64,000 nt of DNA from Opitutales bacterium (GCA_965197745.1 CBDANS010000007.1:384001-448000), one strand, 5' to 3'. Counted from the stretch's first letter, positions 1 through 9,562 are shown. Numbers and translations are program-made. Notes: generated by a model not told the origin, from the letters alone.

Positions 1-180
1 CATTTATTTTCGAAATGCGGCAGAAATTGTCCGACATCGCCAGGCAATTTTAAAAAGATAATATCAATATTATTAAGAAATTATAATAAAGAATTGAATT
101 AATTATCAAAGATAGCAGTCTCGTGGCTTTCGCTTATCCTTCATATGATTTAATTCAATCGCGAAAAAATCTAGAAAGTT

Positions 181-1017
181 ATGTACGATCTTAATGGCAA
201 AGTAGCCATAGTTACGGGTGCGGGTGCGGAGCTGGGTATCGGCCGGGCTATTGCTACGCGTCTGGCAAAAGAGGGGGCTGACGTGGTCGTCAGCGACATC
301 ATAGCTCAACCATTTCCCGATCTTTCACCCGGATGGGATGGTCTGTCGTCAGTGGCAGGCGAAATAGAAACCTGTGGTCGGAAGGCATTGAGCATCCTTG
401 CGGATGTAACGGATGCCGATAGTGTGCAACAGTTGGTGGACCAGACAATGGCAGCGTTTGGCCGAATTGATATTCTCGTGAATAACGCCGGCTCCAGTCC
501 CGGAAAGGACAGGGTTCTCGTTGTCGATTTAGAGGAAGAAGCCTGGGACCGGATCCAGAAGATCAATTCCAAAGGAACATTTCTCTGCTGTCGTGCAGTT
601 GCCCGTGTGATGATTGAGCAGGGGGAAGGCGGCAAGATCATTAATATGTCGTCAGTGTCTGGAAAAACCGGAACCTCCCGCTTCGCCGCTTACTGCGCGT
701 CCAAGTTTGCGGTTGTTGGATTTACACAGGTATTGGCGAGGGAGTTGGGTGAGCACCATATCAATGTTAATGCTATTTGTCCCGGTCACGTTGAAACTAA
801 CCGGATGGATCATATGGCATCCGCCCTTATGCCGGTTGACATGACAAAAGAGGCATTCATCGAGAAGTATCATAAAAACGTACTCGCAAACACGCCTCTT
901 AAGCATCTGGCAAATGGAGAAGATATCGCTAAAGCAGCCGCATTTCTAGCATCATCCGAGTCCGATTATCTTACGGGTCTTTCGCTTTCCGTCACGGGAG
1001 GAAGCTTCATGCTTTAG
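181..1017 (+). CDS. SDR family NAD(P)-dependent oxidoreductase
   Basis: TGAGAELGIG Rossmann motif, NNAG, catalytic YCASK, C-terminal DYLTG; 278 aa. Confidence 0.93.
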   Translation: MYDLNGKVAIVTGAGAELGIGRAIATRLAKEGADVVVSDIIAQPFPDLSPGWDGLSSVAGEIETCGRKALSILADVTDADSVQQLVDQTMAAFGRIDILVNNAGSSPGKDRVLVVDLEEEAWDRIQKINSKGTFLCCRAVARVMIEQGEGGKIINMSSVSGKTGTSRFAAYCASKFAVVGFTQVLARELGEHHINVNAICPGHVETNRMDHMASALMPVDMTKEAFIEKYHKNVLANTPLKHLANGEDIAKAAAFLASSESDYLTGLSLSVTGGSFML

Positions 1018-1144
1018 AAGGGAGATCCTTGCCATTACGGATTTTACCGTTGAATCAATGAAGCTGAAAGAAAATTCGGCATTCGTTCAGTTGAGAGTAA
1101 ACTTTATCATCTAAACGCTGATTGGAGACAACAGGCATCCCCCT

Positions 1145-1268
1145 GGATTGCCGCGGCTGACAAGCAGCCTCGCAATGACAATCGAAAAATCAGGCAACGT
1201 GTAATATCTATTTATTAAAGATTTTACCCCTGTTGTCATTGCGAGGAGTGAAGCGACGAAGCAATCCA
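1145..1268. repeat. Inverted pair of REP-like palindromic units (GTCATTGCGAGG...GCAATCC type)
   Basis: GGATTGCCGCGGCTGACAAGCAGCCTCGCAATGAC (1145-1179) faces GTCATTGCGAGGAGTGAAGCGACGAAGCAATCC (1235-1267); their ends are reverse complements. Confidence 0.75.
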
Positions 1269-1500
1269 AGCGAATAATCATTGTTCCTACAAATACAATT
1301 CTCCACTTAATTCATTCCGAAGAGAATTCGGCTACAAATTCTCCTTTAAAATAGTCAACATTAATAAAATGGCTATGAACAGTCGGCATTCTGTTGTCGC
1401 GGGGCCACAATTGACATGGCAAGAACCACAAGAAAGAGAAAAAGAAAATAACCAATAAAATCCAATCGACATTTACGCTAAACATTTTAAACCGTTGTAA

Positions 1501-2457
1501 ATGAAAATCGTATTGGCTTTTGATTTAGGAGAAGCATTCGTTAATGATTTGCGGGCATCGTTTCCCGATCATGATTTTCGAACGGCCTACACACCCGAGG
1601 GCCAATTGAGAGAAGTAGTTGATGCTGAGGTCCAGTTCGGAGAAATCAGTCGGGAAGCATTCGATGCGGCTGAAAAACTGCGCTGGTTCCATTTTATCGG
1701 TATGGGTGTCGATAACTATATGAATAATTTCCCGGAAATGTTCGATCATAAGTTCATCGTTACCCGCGCACCGGGAACGCATGTTATCCCCATGGCGGAG
1801 CATACTTTTGCCATGATCCTCGCCTATGCTCATAAAATTCCCGATTTTATCGACGAACAAAAAGCGCATCAGTGGAGAACAGAAAATTACATGAACGTCA
1901 TAATGGAGCTGGCTGGAACGACTATGGGAATTATCTCCATGGGGGGTATCGGCAAGGCCATTGCGCAGCGTGCCCAGGGATTTGATATGGACGTTTATGC
2001 GGTCGATAAGTACCCCATGTCTTCACCACCCGGTGTTCGGGAAGTGTGGGGAATGGATCGCTTGGATGAACTCCTCGGACAGTCTGACTGGCTGGTTGTC
2101 ACCACACCCTATACCAGGGAGAGTCATAATCTACTGGACCGCGAACGTATCGCGCGGATCAAGCAAGGAGCCTATTTCATGGTAATGTCAAGAGGGGGGA
2201 TCGTCGACGAAGATGCTCTGATCGATGCGCTTCGATCGGGACAGATCGCCGGAGCTGGATTCGACGCCTTCGCCCAGGAACCGCTCCCTTCTGACAGTCC
2301 AATATGGGACTTGCCAAATGTGCTCATATCCCCTCACGTATCCGCGCACACGCCGCAACTATGGGTGCGAAGAGGGCAGATATTTAAGGATAATCTCCAA
2401 CGCTATATTGCCGGTGAACCGCTCATGCATGTGTGTGATCTTAATACCGAGTTTTGA
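1501..2457 (+). CDS. D-2-hydroxyacid dehydrogenase (NAD-binding)
   Basis: GIISMGGIG dinucleotide-binding motif, SRGGIVDE, FDAFAQEP, ISPHVS. Confidence 0.92.
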   Translation: MKIVLAFDLGEAFVNDLRASFPDHDFRTAYTPEGQLREVVDAEVQFGEISREAFDAAEKLRWFHFIGMGVDNYMNNFPEMFDHKFIVTRAPGTHVIPMAEHTFAMILAYAHKIPDFIDEQKAHQWRTENYMNVIMELAGTTMGIISMGGIGKAIAQRAQGFDMDVYAVDKYPMSSPPGVREVWGMDRLDELLGQSDWLVVTTPYTRESHNLLDRERIARIKQGAYFMVMSRGGIVDEDALIDALRSGQIAGAGFDAFAQEPLPSDSPIWDLPNVLISPHVSAHTPQLWVRRGQIFKDNLQRYIAGEPLMHVCDLNTEF

Positions 2458-2472
2458 TCGCTGGGAAGTAGT

Positions 2473-2848
2473 CGGGGTTCAGGGTTCAGGTAAAATAACG
2501 ATAGTTAGAAGTGAACAGTAATCGGTAAACGGTGAATGAATCATCTTCCAGAAAGTGCCCATCGTTGGCCAGAAACCATACGCAAGATAAGAGAACCGTA
2601 CGGGGGCTCCCATTCAGGCTTTCCAGAACCCTTAACCCCGAACCCTGCCTTTTGTATATCTTTCTTAGTTATGTGTGAGGAGGGATTGATATCCGACGTT
2701 TGATATTTGATATGAGAGATGTCGGTTTTTAACCTCGGTACGAAGTTCGAGTTATTTAATTTCCTTCGTATATCACATATCGGATATCGTACCGAGGACG
2801 AAGTCCGACATCTTCCAAATCGTATATCTCTCTCTAAACCCTGAACCC
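2473..2848. repeat. Intergenic mosaic of inverted 7-nt-periodic repeats
   Basis: CGGGGTTCAGGGTTCAGG (2473-2490) pairs with CCAGAACCCTTAACCCCG (2623-2640); CCTCGGTACG (2733-2742) pairs with CGTACCGAGG (2788-2797); AGATGTCGG pairs with CCGACATCT; GATAT/ATATC periodic tracts. Confidence 0.7.
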
Positions 2849-2866
2849 TCTCAAACAAGAATTCCC

Positions 2867-2944
2867 ATGTATGATTTAAATGGCAAAGTTGCCTTCGTCC
2901 CAGGCGGTGCGTTTACATTTTACTTTGATGCAATAGCCGATTGA
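2867..2944 (+). pseudogene. 5' relic of an SDR gene (MYDLNGKVAFVPGGA..., 25 codons)
   Basis: First 9 codons encode MYDLNGKVA, identical to the N-terminus of the SDR at 181; similarity is lost after about codon 15, stop at 2942-2944. Confidence 0.65.
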
Positions 2945-2973
2945 CTAATGAAAAATCACAAGAAAGAACTTCT

Positions 2974-4176
2974 ATGAAAATTAAAGAGCTTAAGACTTAC
3001 GTCGTGGCCAATCCACCGCCCCATCGTGGGGGACTTTATTTTGTTTTCTTGAAGTTGACGACGGATGACGGAATCGAGGGCATCGGTGAAGCTTACGGAG
3101 TGCCTTTTCACCCGAACAAAGTTGCAGGGCTGATTGAAGATATCGTTGAACGTTATGTTATAGATTGGGATCCCTTTAAAATTGAAAGCCTATGGCGGAT
3201 CATCTACTCGAGTGGGTTTTCTCAGCATCCCGATCTGACTTTAATGGGAATCCTTAGTGGAATAGAAATGGCTTGTTGGGATATAATCGGTAAGGCACTC
3301 AATCAGCCGATTTATAACTTACTCGGCGGTCAGGTCCATGAAAAGCTTCGCTCATATACCTACATCTACCCGGCACCCCAAAGTGATACTAAAGATGCCT
3401 GGTCCATAGCCGATGTATTCGGCCACCCTGAGCTCACTCCAAAAAGAGCTGCCGATTACATGGCGCAGGGATTTACAGCGATAAAATTCGATCCCGTGAT
3501 GCCCATGGGATCCTTTGACCCAAGACAGCTTTCACTTGAGGTCTTGGATAATGCGGAGCTGGTTATAAAGAATACTCGTGAAGCCGTCGGAAGCAAATGT
3601 GACCTGCTTATCGGAACACACGGGCAAATGACAACGTCCAGTGCCATCCGCCTCGCTAAAAGAATGGAGCCGTTTGACCCGCTGTGGTTTGAAGAGCCGG
3701 TGCCACCGGAAAATAGAAATGAGATGGCTCGGGTTGCCCGGTCAACGAGCATTCCCGTTGCCTCGGGCGAGCGTTTGACGACAAAGTATGAATTTGTCGA
3801 GTTACTGGAAAAACAGGCCGCTGCTATTATTCAGCCCGCGCTCGGACGAGTGGGGGGGATATTAGAGGCCAAGAAGATTGCGGGCATGGCGGAAGCGCAC
3901 TACGCCCAGCTTGCCCCGCACTTATATTGTGGACCGATTGAAGCGGCCGCCAATATACAGATTGGAACCTGCAGCCCCAATTTCCTGATCCAGGAAAGCA
4001 TTGAGACTTTCGGCGGTTTCCATGCCGAGATAATCAAAGAACCTATTCTTTGGGAGGACGGTTACATTATACCCCCTGAAAAACCTGGTCTCGGCGTCGA
4101 GTTGAATGAGGAAGTAGTAGCTGACATCCCCTATACCGGCCCCATCTTCCCTGAGATGGAGGATAAACCCATTTGA
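2974..4176 (+). CDS. Mandelate racemase/muconate lactonizing enzyme (enolase superfamily), dehydratase-like
   Basis: GIGE, IEMACWDIIGK, KFD, WFEEP, ASGERL, APH, PGLG motifs; ATG at 2974 (MKIKELKTY) preferred over TTG at 2941. Confidence 0.92.
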   Translation: MKIKELKTYVVANPPPHRGGLYFVFLKLTTDDGIEGIGEAYGVPFHPNKVAGLIEDIVERYVIDWDPFKIESLWRIIYSSGFSQHPDLTLMGILSGIEMACWDIIGKALNQPIYNLLGGQVHEKLRSYTYIYPAPQSDTKDAWSIADVFGHPELTPKRAADYMAQGFTAIKFDPVMPMGSFDPRQLSLEVLDNAELVIKNTREAVGSKCDLLIGTHGQMTTSSAIRLAKRMEPFDPLWFEEPVPPENRNEMARVARSTSIPVASGERLTTKYEFVELLEKQAAAIIQPALGRVGGILEAKKIAGMAEAHYAQLAPHLYCGPIEAAANIQIGTCSPNFLIQESIETFGGFHAEIIKEPILWEDGYIIPPEKPGLGVELNEEVVADIPYTGPIFPEMEDKPI

Positions 4177-4328
4177 TTGTCGATTTTCGATGATGGATGT
4201 CGGTCTTCGCCCTCGGTAGCCGATTGATCCAGGATTATCGATACAGATTTTCGAGGTTCAGGGTTAAGCAAAGATAGCAGTAATTTCTTGAATCAATCGA
4301 CAATCGACATTCTAAAATCGAAAATTGA
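4174..4328. repeat. Inverted heptamer-type repeats between convergent genes (possible bidirectional terminator)
   Basis: GATTGTCGATTTTCGA on the left faces AATCGACAATCGAC...AAAATCGAAAAT on the right; also carries the GGTTCAGGG and CTTCGcCCTCGG motifs seen at 2473-2848. Confidence 0.55.
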
Positions 4329-4329
4329 T

Positions 4330-6912
4330 TCAATCCTCTCTTTTAAGGACCGTATAAAGGGTCAGTCCCACCAATGATTTTTCCCTCTCGGGTAAAATCA
4401 GGCTGGCCAGATACCCGGCGATAAGACAGACCATAAATCCAATTGTGGGGTAGAGAAATAAATTTATCGGAGTGTGGTATTTAACATAATAGAGGACTAC
4501 GGCACTGATGATCGCACCGACTAAAGCCCCAATACCATTCGCCCGTCGGGTAAAAATACCCAATGCAAATAATCCACCCAATCCACCGATAAAAAGCCCT
4601 AATACAGAGCTGGCAAATATAACGGCAGAATAAATATTAAAGGATACCAGCATTATGGCGACGGCCGTAGCAAAGAGTCCAACAATAAAGGTAATGGCAC
4701 GCGCCAGTTTTAAATAAATATGATCAGATTTATGGGGTTTAAATCTACGATAAAAATCAGTGACAAAGACGGTGGCTATAGAGTTCATCCCACTGTCCAG
4801 ACTTGACATCGCTGCGGAAAAGATGGCGGCAATAACAAATCCGGCAAGACCATAGGGAAGATTCTGCGCAATGAAGAGAGGAAATATCGCATCATTCCGC
4901 ATTCCCAAGCTGACATTGGCCGGGTGCGTTTTGTAATAAGCGTAGAGAGCTGATCCCATGTAAAGGACGATTGTGGCAAGAGGAAGAGCGGCAAAAGTAT
5001 TTAACCATAAGCCTTTCGCGGCTGATTTTTCATCCTTCGTCGTAAGAAACCTTTGGATCCTGCTTTGGTCGGAGGATAAGACAATAAAAGTACCCATAGC
5101 ACCACTAATTAATAATACCCATAATGTCGGTTCGGTAATGTCCCAGTCCAGATACCACATGCGATATTTATCATCAGTGATACCAATATCGATCACCCCC
5201 TTAATACCGTTATCGACATTAATGAAGATGACGATCAGGGCAATAATGAGTCCGGCAATGAAAATAAACACTTGTATAACATCTGACCATATCACCGCTT
5301 CAATACCGCCCAGTACCGTGTAGATGGTACTTATCAGCCCTAATGAGAGTATGCACACATAGATATTCATCCCCGTGATGGTGGAGAGAACAATTGCGGG
5401 TAGATACATGATCAGACTGATCCGCAACAATTGAAATAAAATAAACTGTGAACTCCCGAATAAGCGAACAGCGAGGTTAAATCGTTTCTCCAGGTATTCA
5501 TAAGCGGTAGTAATATTCAGCCTTCGATAAAATGGCAGGTAAAAATAAATAATCATGATAGGTGCGAAAAAGAACCCGATCCTCGCGGGAAAATAAAACC
5601 AGTCCGTAGAAAAAGATAATGCCGGATGGGCAATATAAGTTACGGCACTAAGCCCAGTCCCTAACAAACTGAGCCCTGCCGCCCACCAGGGAATTCGGCG
5701 GCCAGCAATAAAGTAATCCTCTGTTCCCTTCTCCCGCCTGGAAAAGTAAATACCAATATAAATAATGGCCACCATATAGAGAACGAGAAAAAAGTAATTT
5801 ACAGTGCCGAAGGAAGTGTTCGCGCCCGAATCGTGAATCACTAATTGCACCTTTGGCGTGTTTATCCCGGGTTCGGTCTCTCCACTGGTTAAGACGATGC
5901 CTTCTCCCCAGGATACTGCTTCCGCAGATACTACGCTTAAGGGTATTTCATCTTTAATCAGCCAGGTATCCGTGATCGTATGATAGACGAGAAGATCAGG
6001 TGAATAAGGCTGATCATCATCTCCCTTTTCTACGGGTTTTACCCCCACCTCATTTATGGCCTTACCACCAAAAATTAGAACATGTGATTGACCGTAGGCA
6101 ATTCCGGGAGCCGCAGTTACGGGATGGGGAGCGTCGGATATCCGTTCCCACTGCTCTTCATTCAGTGAGTAGCGGTGGCCGTCAGTCAATTGCCTCGTTC
6201 GAATTTCACCCTTTTCATTTTCGGACAGTTCTTCTCCTCCAATAATATATACATTTTTTCTATAACCGGTATTTTGGGCTACGACGACAGCATTTCTTCG
6301 GGCTGAACCCTTCCAGGTTTCTAACGGTTTCCAGCTTGCTGTTAGATTTTTAAGGTCGAGTGACCAAAAGATTTTTCTTAAGTTCGATTCCTTATCTTCA
6401 ATCAGTCCGCCGGCAACATATATGACCTCATCGATTTCAGCGGCGCCCATTAATGAGAGCGGTTGCGGGAGGGGTGGCAGGGACACCTGATTTATTAATT
6501 GAGATGCGGCATTCCATCTTAATTGAGTGACCAGGTCATGATTACCTTCAGCATTGCTCCCCCCAATGAGGATCAAACTTTCCCCCCTGCTGACGGATGC
6601 GCCGAAAGCTAATGGCATTTTCAGTTTAAACCCCGTTCGCCAAGTTTCATCTTCAGCGTCAGTCAGGACATAAATATCATCATACCATGTTCTTCTTATC
6701 CCGTCTCTTGCATCGTGATAATTGGATCCCCCCGCAACGATTAAGGCGCCGTTGCTGACACCGGCGAAAGCTCCGTCCAGCCCATGTTCATTGGGCAGTT
6801 CGGGTAGTTCCTCCCAGTCAATTACGTCTTTTTCCGGAGTTGCGCTTTCAGAAATTCCTGCAATGGTGAAAAAAACGGATAGAAAAATGACGGTTGCAGA
6901 GGAATTCTTCAT
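4330..6912 (-). CDS. Kelch/NanM-like beta-propeller fused to a sodium:solute symporter (SSS)
   Basis: Signal peptide; Kelch repeats (LIVAGG, LILIGG, IYVAGG, VYIIGG, VLIFGG) in aa ~30-360; then SSS motifs DYFIAGR, AYEYLEKRF, YTVLGGIEAVIWSD, AAMSSLDS. Confidence 0.9.
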   Translation of the reverse strand: MKNSSATVIFLSVFFTIAGISESATPEKDVIDWEELPELPNEHGLDGAFAGVSNGALIVAGGSNYHDARDGIRRTWYDDIYVLTDAEDETWRTGFKLKMPLAFGASVSRGESLILIGGSNAEGNHDLVTQLRWNAASQLINQVSLPPLPQPLSLMGAAEIDEVIYVAGGLIEDKESNLRKIFWSLDLKNLTASWKPLETWKGSARRNAVVVAQNTGYRKNVYIIGGEELSENEKGEIRTRQLTDGHRYSLNEEQWERISDAPHPVTAAPGIAYGQSHVLIFGGKAINEVGVKPVEKGDDDQPYSPDLLVYHTITDTWLIKDEIPLSVVSAEAVSWGEGIVLTSGETEPGINTPKVQLVIHDSGANTSFGTVNYFFLVLYMVAIIYIGIYFSRREKGTEDYFIAGRRIPWWAAGLSLLGTGLSAVTYIAHPALSFSTDWFYFPARIGFFFAPIMIIYFYLPFYRRLNITTAYEYLEKRFNLAVRLFGSSQFILFQLLRISLIMYLPAIVLSTITGMNIYVCILSLGLISTIYTVLGGIEAVIWSDVIQVFIFIAGLIIALIVIFINVDNGIKGVIDIGITDDKYRMWYLDWDITEPTLWVLLISGAMGTFIVLSSDQSRIQRFLTTKDEKSAAKGLWLNTFAALPLATIVLYMGSALYAYYKTHPANVSLGMRNDAIFPLFIAQNLPYGLAGFVIAAIFSAAMSSLDSGMNSIATVFVTDFYRRFKPHKSDHIYLKLARAITFIVGLFATAVAIMLVSFNIYSAVIFASSVLGLFIGGLGGLFALGIFTRRANGIGALVGAIISAVVLYYVKYHTPINLFLYPTIGFMVCLIAGYLASLILPEREKSLVGLTLYTVLKRED

Positions 6913-7102
6913 AAGAATGGCATAAGGGTGGTTTCAGTATATAAAGCTGTCCAGTAAACTTTTCTATTTCCGGTTTGAGTAAGGCTGAATATATCTCATT
7001 GAGAAATGGTGAACATCGGTTAACTCTATTGGCATCGATGGATCATATTTAGCACTAATGGGTAAGCGAACCCCCTATGGGATAAATGAAATGGAGTAAA
7101 AA

Positions 7103-7900
7103 ATGAGTGACCGTTTAAAAGAAAAAATAGTGATCGTAACCGGTGCCGGTTCCGGTGGACCGGGTTGGGGAAATGGCAAAGCGGCAGCTGTCCTCTTTGC
7201 CCGGGAAGGAGCAAAAATATTCGCTGTTGATATTAACCCAACAGCTGCCGAGGAAACAAAAGCTATAATTGATGAGGAGGGGGGTGAATGTACCGTTCAT
7301 GAAGCCGATGTTTCACAGGTTGAGAAGGTTGAGCGTATGGTAAATCGTTGCCTTGAGATATATGGTCGAATTGATGTCCTACATAATAATGTGGGTATCA
7401 ATGAAATTGGTGGATGTGTCGAAGCGAGTGAAAAAAGTTGGGATCATGTTATGGACGTAAATCTCAAAAGCATGTTTCTGACTTGTAAATATGTCTTGCC
7501 TCATATGGAGCAACAAGGGGGTGGAGTAATTGTAAACCTCTCATCCATAGCTTCGATTCGGTGGTATGGTATAGCCTCGGTTGCTTATAATGCCAGTAAA
7601 GGGGCCATAAATCAACTTACCCAGAGTATCGCAATTCAGTACGCTAAGAAAAACATACGGGCCAATGCGATATTGCCCGGTCTTATGAATACACCCCTGG
7701 TTGTGAATGCCTTGGGTGATTACTATGCAGGCGATATACAAAAGATGATAGAAATCCGTGATAACTTATGCCCCACCGGAAAAATGGGCGATGCCTGGGA
7801 TGTTGCTTATGCCGCCCTCTTCCTCGCCTCGGACGAAGCAAAATATATTACGGGCACCCAGCTCGTCGTCGATGGCGGCCTCACTTGTAAGTGTGTATAA
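7103..7900 (+). CDS. SDR family oxidoreductase
   Basis: TGAGSGGPGWGNG, NNVG, YNASK, YITGTQLVVDGG. Confidence 0.93.
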   Translation: MSDRLKEKIVIVTGAGSGGPGWGNGKAAAVLFAREGAKIFAVDINPTAAEETKAIIDEEGGECTVHEADVSQVEKVERMVNRCLEIYGRIDVLHNNVGINEIGGCVEASEKSWDHVMDVNLKSMFLTCKYVLPHMEQQGGGVIVNLSSIASIRWYGIASVAYNASKGAINQLTQSIAIQYAKKNIRANAILPGLMNTPLVVNALGDYYAGDIQKMIEIRDNLCPTGKMGDAWDVAYAALFLASDEAKYITGTQLVVDGGLTCKCV

Positions 7901-7925
7901 AATAATTAAAATGTAAATTGTCGTC

Positions 7926-9020
7926 ATGTCGGCTGAAAATAAATCCTCTGATCGGAATAACTTAATGAATATTTCCGATGCGGACATTCTAAAGCAGAAC
8001 GAGAGACTACAGGCCGCATTGCTTGCAGAAAATGAGGCCTGGACAGTCTCCGAATGTAAGCGAATATTAGAAAAAAATTCTCAGTGGGAGAGAGACTATA
8101 CCTCCTTGCGTGCTTACGAAAAGTGTATGGATCCCTATAGAGAAAACTGGCGGGAGACGATAGGTGAGATAAAAGTTGAAAGTGAATTCCAGCCGGAAAT
8201 GGAACCTTTTTTTGAAGATGATATTTCGGTGGGAGAATCAGTATCGATTAACGTCTTACCAGATTTAAAGGCGAGAGCAGTGTTGGCCCTGCCCAAGAAT
8301 AAGACAGGGCCATTGCCTCTCGTGGTTGCTCTGCATGGGATGCTGGGATCACCCTCCGTGGTCTTCGGCTTTAAAGACCCACAGGAAGCTGCCTATCATG
8401 GCTACGGGAGAGCGCTATTGAAAAAAGGATTTGCCGTGTTAGCGCCGGTTAGCATTAACGAATCCACTCCCAGGATTCGAGTGCATCGACTGAGTATGCT
8501 CTTGGGCAGTTCAATTACCGGTCTGGAGATTGGGAAAATTCGAAGATTGTTGGATTATGCTTCAGGTTTACCTGATATTGACGAGGAGCGGATAGGGATG
8601 TGGGGAATATCACTGGGGGGACTGTATACCATGTGCATAGCTGCTTTGGACAAGAGAATAAAAGCGGCTATCATGTGCGCATTCTTTATGGACCGGTTTG
8701 AAAAAATAGCCGTTGAATCATCACACTACAGTAGTTGGTTTCTCCCTCATGAAGAACACTTGTTGATACCGGGCTGGTTTAAGGGGGGCTTTTCCGACGC
8801 TAATCTTTTAAGCATGGTCTGTCCACGAGCGTTGCAGATTGCTGAGGGAAAAAAAGATCCAACCGGCTGGTGGCGGTTACAGGAAAAAGAATTTCAAAAG
8901 CTCTACCAACACTATGACCGGCTTGGTTTAAAAGAGAATATCGAATTCCTCTGTCACGAAGGAACGCATGAAGTCGTCATAGAGCCCGGCCTGCGGTTTT
9001 TGGAGAGAACGTTATTATGA
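7926..9020 (+). CDS. Alpha/beta hydrolase (dienelactone hydrolase/acetylesterase-like)
   Basis: PLVVALHG, nucleophile elbow GISLGG after IDEERIG, GKKD, GTH. Confidence 0.8.
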   Translation: MSAENKSSDRNNLMNISDADILKQNERLQAALLAENEAWTVSECKRILEKNSQWERDYTSLRAYEKCMDPYRENWRETIGEIKVESEFQPEMEPFFEDDISVGESVSINVLPDLKARAVLALPKNKTGPLPLVVALHGMLGSPSVVFGFKDPQEAAYHGYGRALLKKGFAVLAPVSINESTPRIRVHRLSMLLGSSITGLEIGKIRRLLDYASGLPDIDEERIGMWGISLGGLYTMCIAALDKRIKAAIMCAFFMDRFEKIAVESSHYSSWFLPHEEHLLIPGWFKGGFSDANLLSMVCPRALQIAEGKKDPTGWWRLQEKEFQKLYQHYDRLGLKENIEFLCHEGTHEVVIEPGLRFLERTLL

Positions 9021-9562
9021 AAATTTGGAACTCAAGAACTGAGGAAATAAAGAATGATTAACCTCGGATTACACGGATAAGCGCGGATTTTTTTTTGAGG
9101 AGTCGAAGGCTACATCTTCCAATAGCGTAAAAGGCAGAAAATAGAAATTAGGTGAAACGCGATGCTTGATCTCAATAGCTCAGGTTTACCTGAGCGCCGG
9201 ATCATCCCTATGCCTTTTTGAAATCAAAATTTAAAAAAAGCAGCAGGGAATATCCGTTGTCAATCCCTCCCGCAGATGCGGGTGGGATGACATTGATCTC
9301 ATTCATCGCGTTTCACCTAATCTCTATCTATTATTCTCTGCGATCTCAGCGTCTTTGCGGTTAATTCATTTTCTGTCCTGTAATATCTGTTACTCTTTTC
9401 CTGATTTCCTGAGTTCCATATTTTAAATTCTCATCCTTATATCAAATCCGTGTATATCCGCGTTATCCGTGGTCCAATCTATCCTTTCTTCCTGTAAAAA
9501 TCTTTCTTGTGCCTCTTGCCTGCCGTCCATAGTCCCGCAACTGCGGGACGACGACAGATCGT
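9021..9562. repeat. Cluster of interleaved inverted repeats and hairpins
   Basis: 9021-9047 pairs with 9397-9423; 9061-9090 with 9444-9473; 9141-9164 with 9304-9327 (23/24); local hairpins GCTCAGGTTTACCTGAGC and GTCCCGCAACTGCGGGAC. Confidence 0.8.

Noticed and set aside
2541..2858. 105-aa minus-strand ORF
   Set aside because: Translation of the heptamer repeat mosaic; no protein features
9021..9562. CRISPR array or attC cassette array
   Set aside because: Repeats are inverted and heterogeneous, with no constant direct repeat plus spacers and no cas or integrase gene
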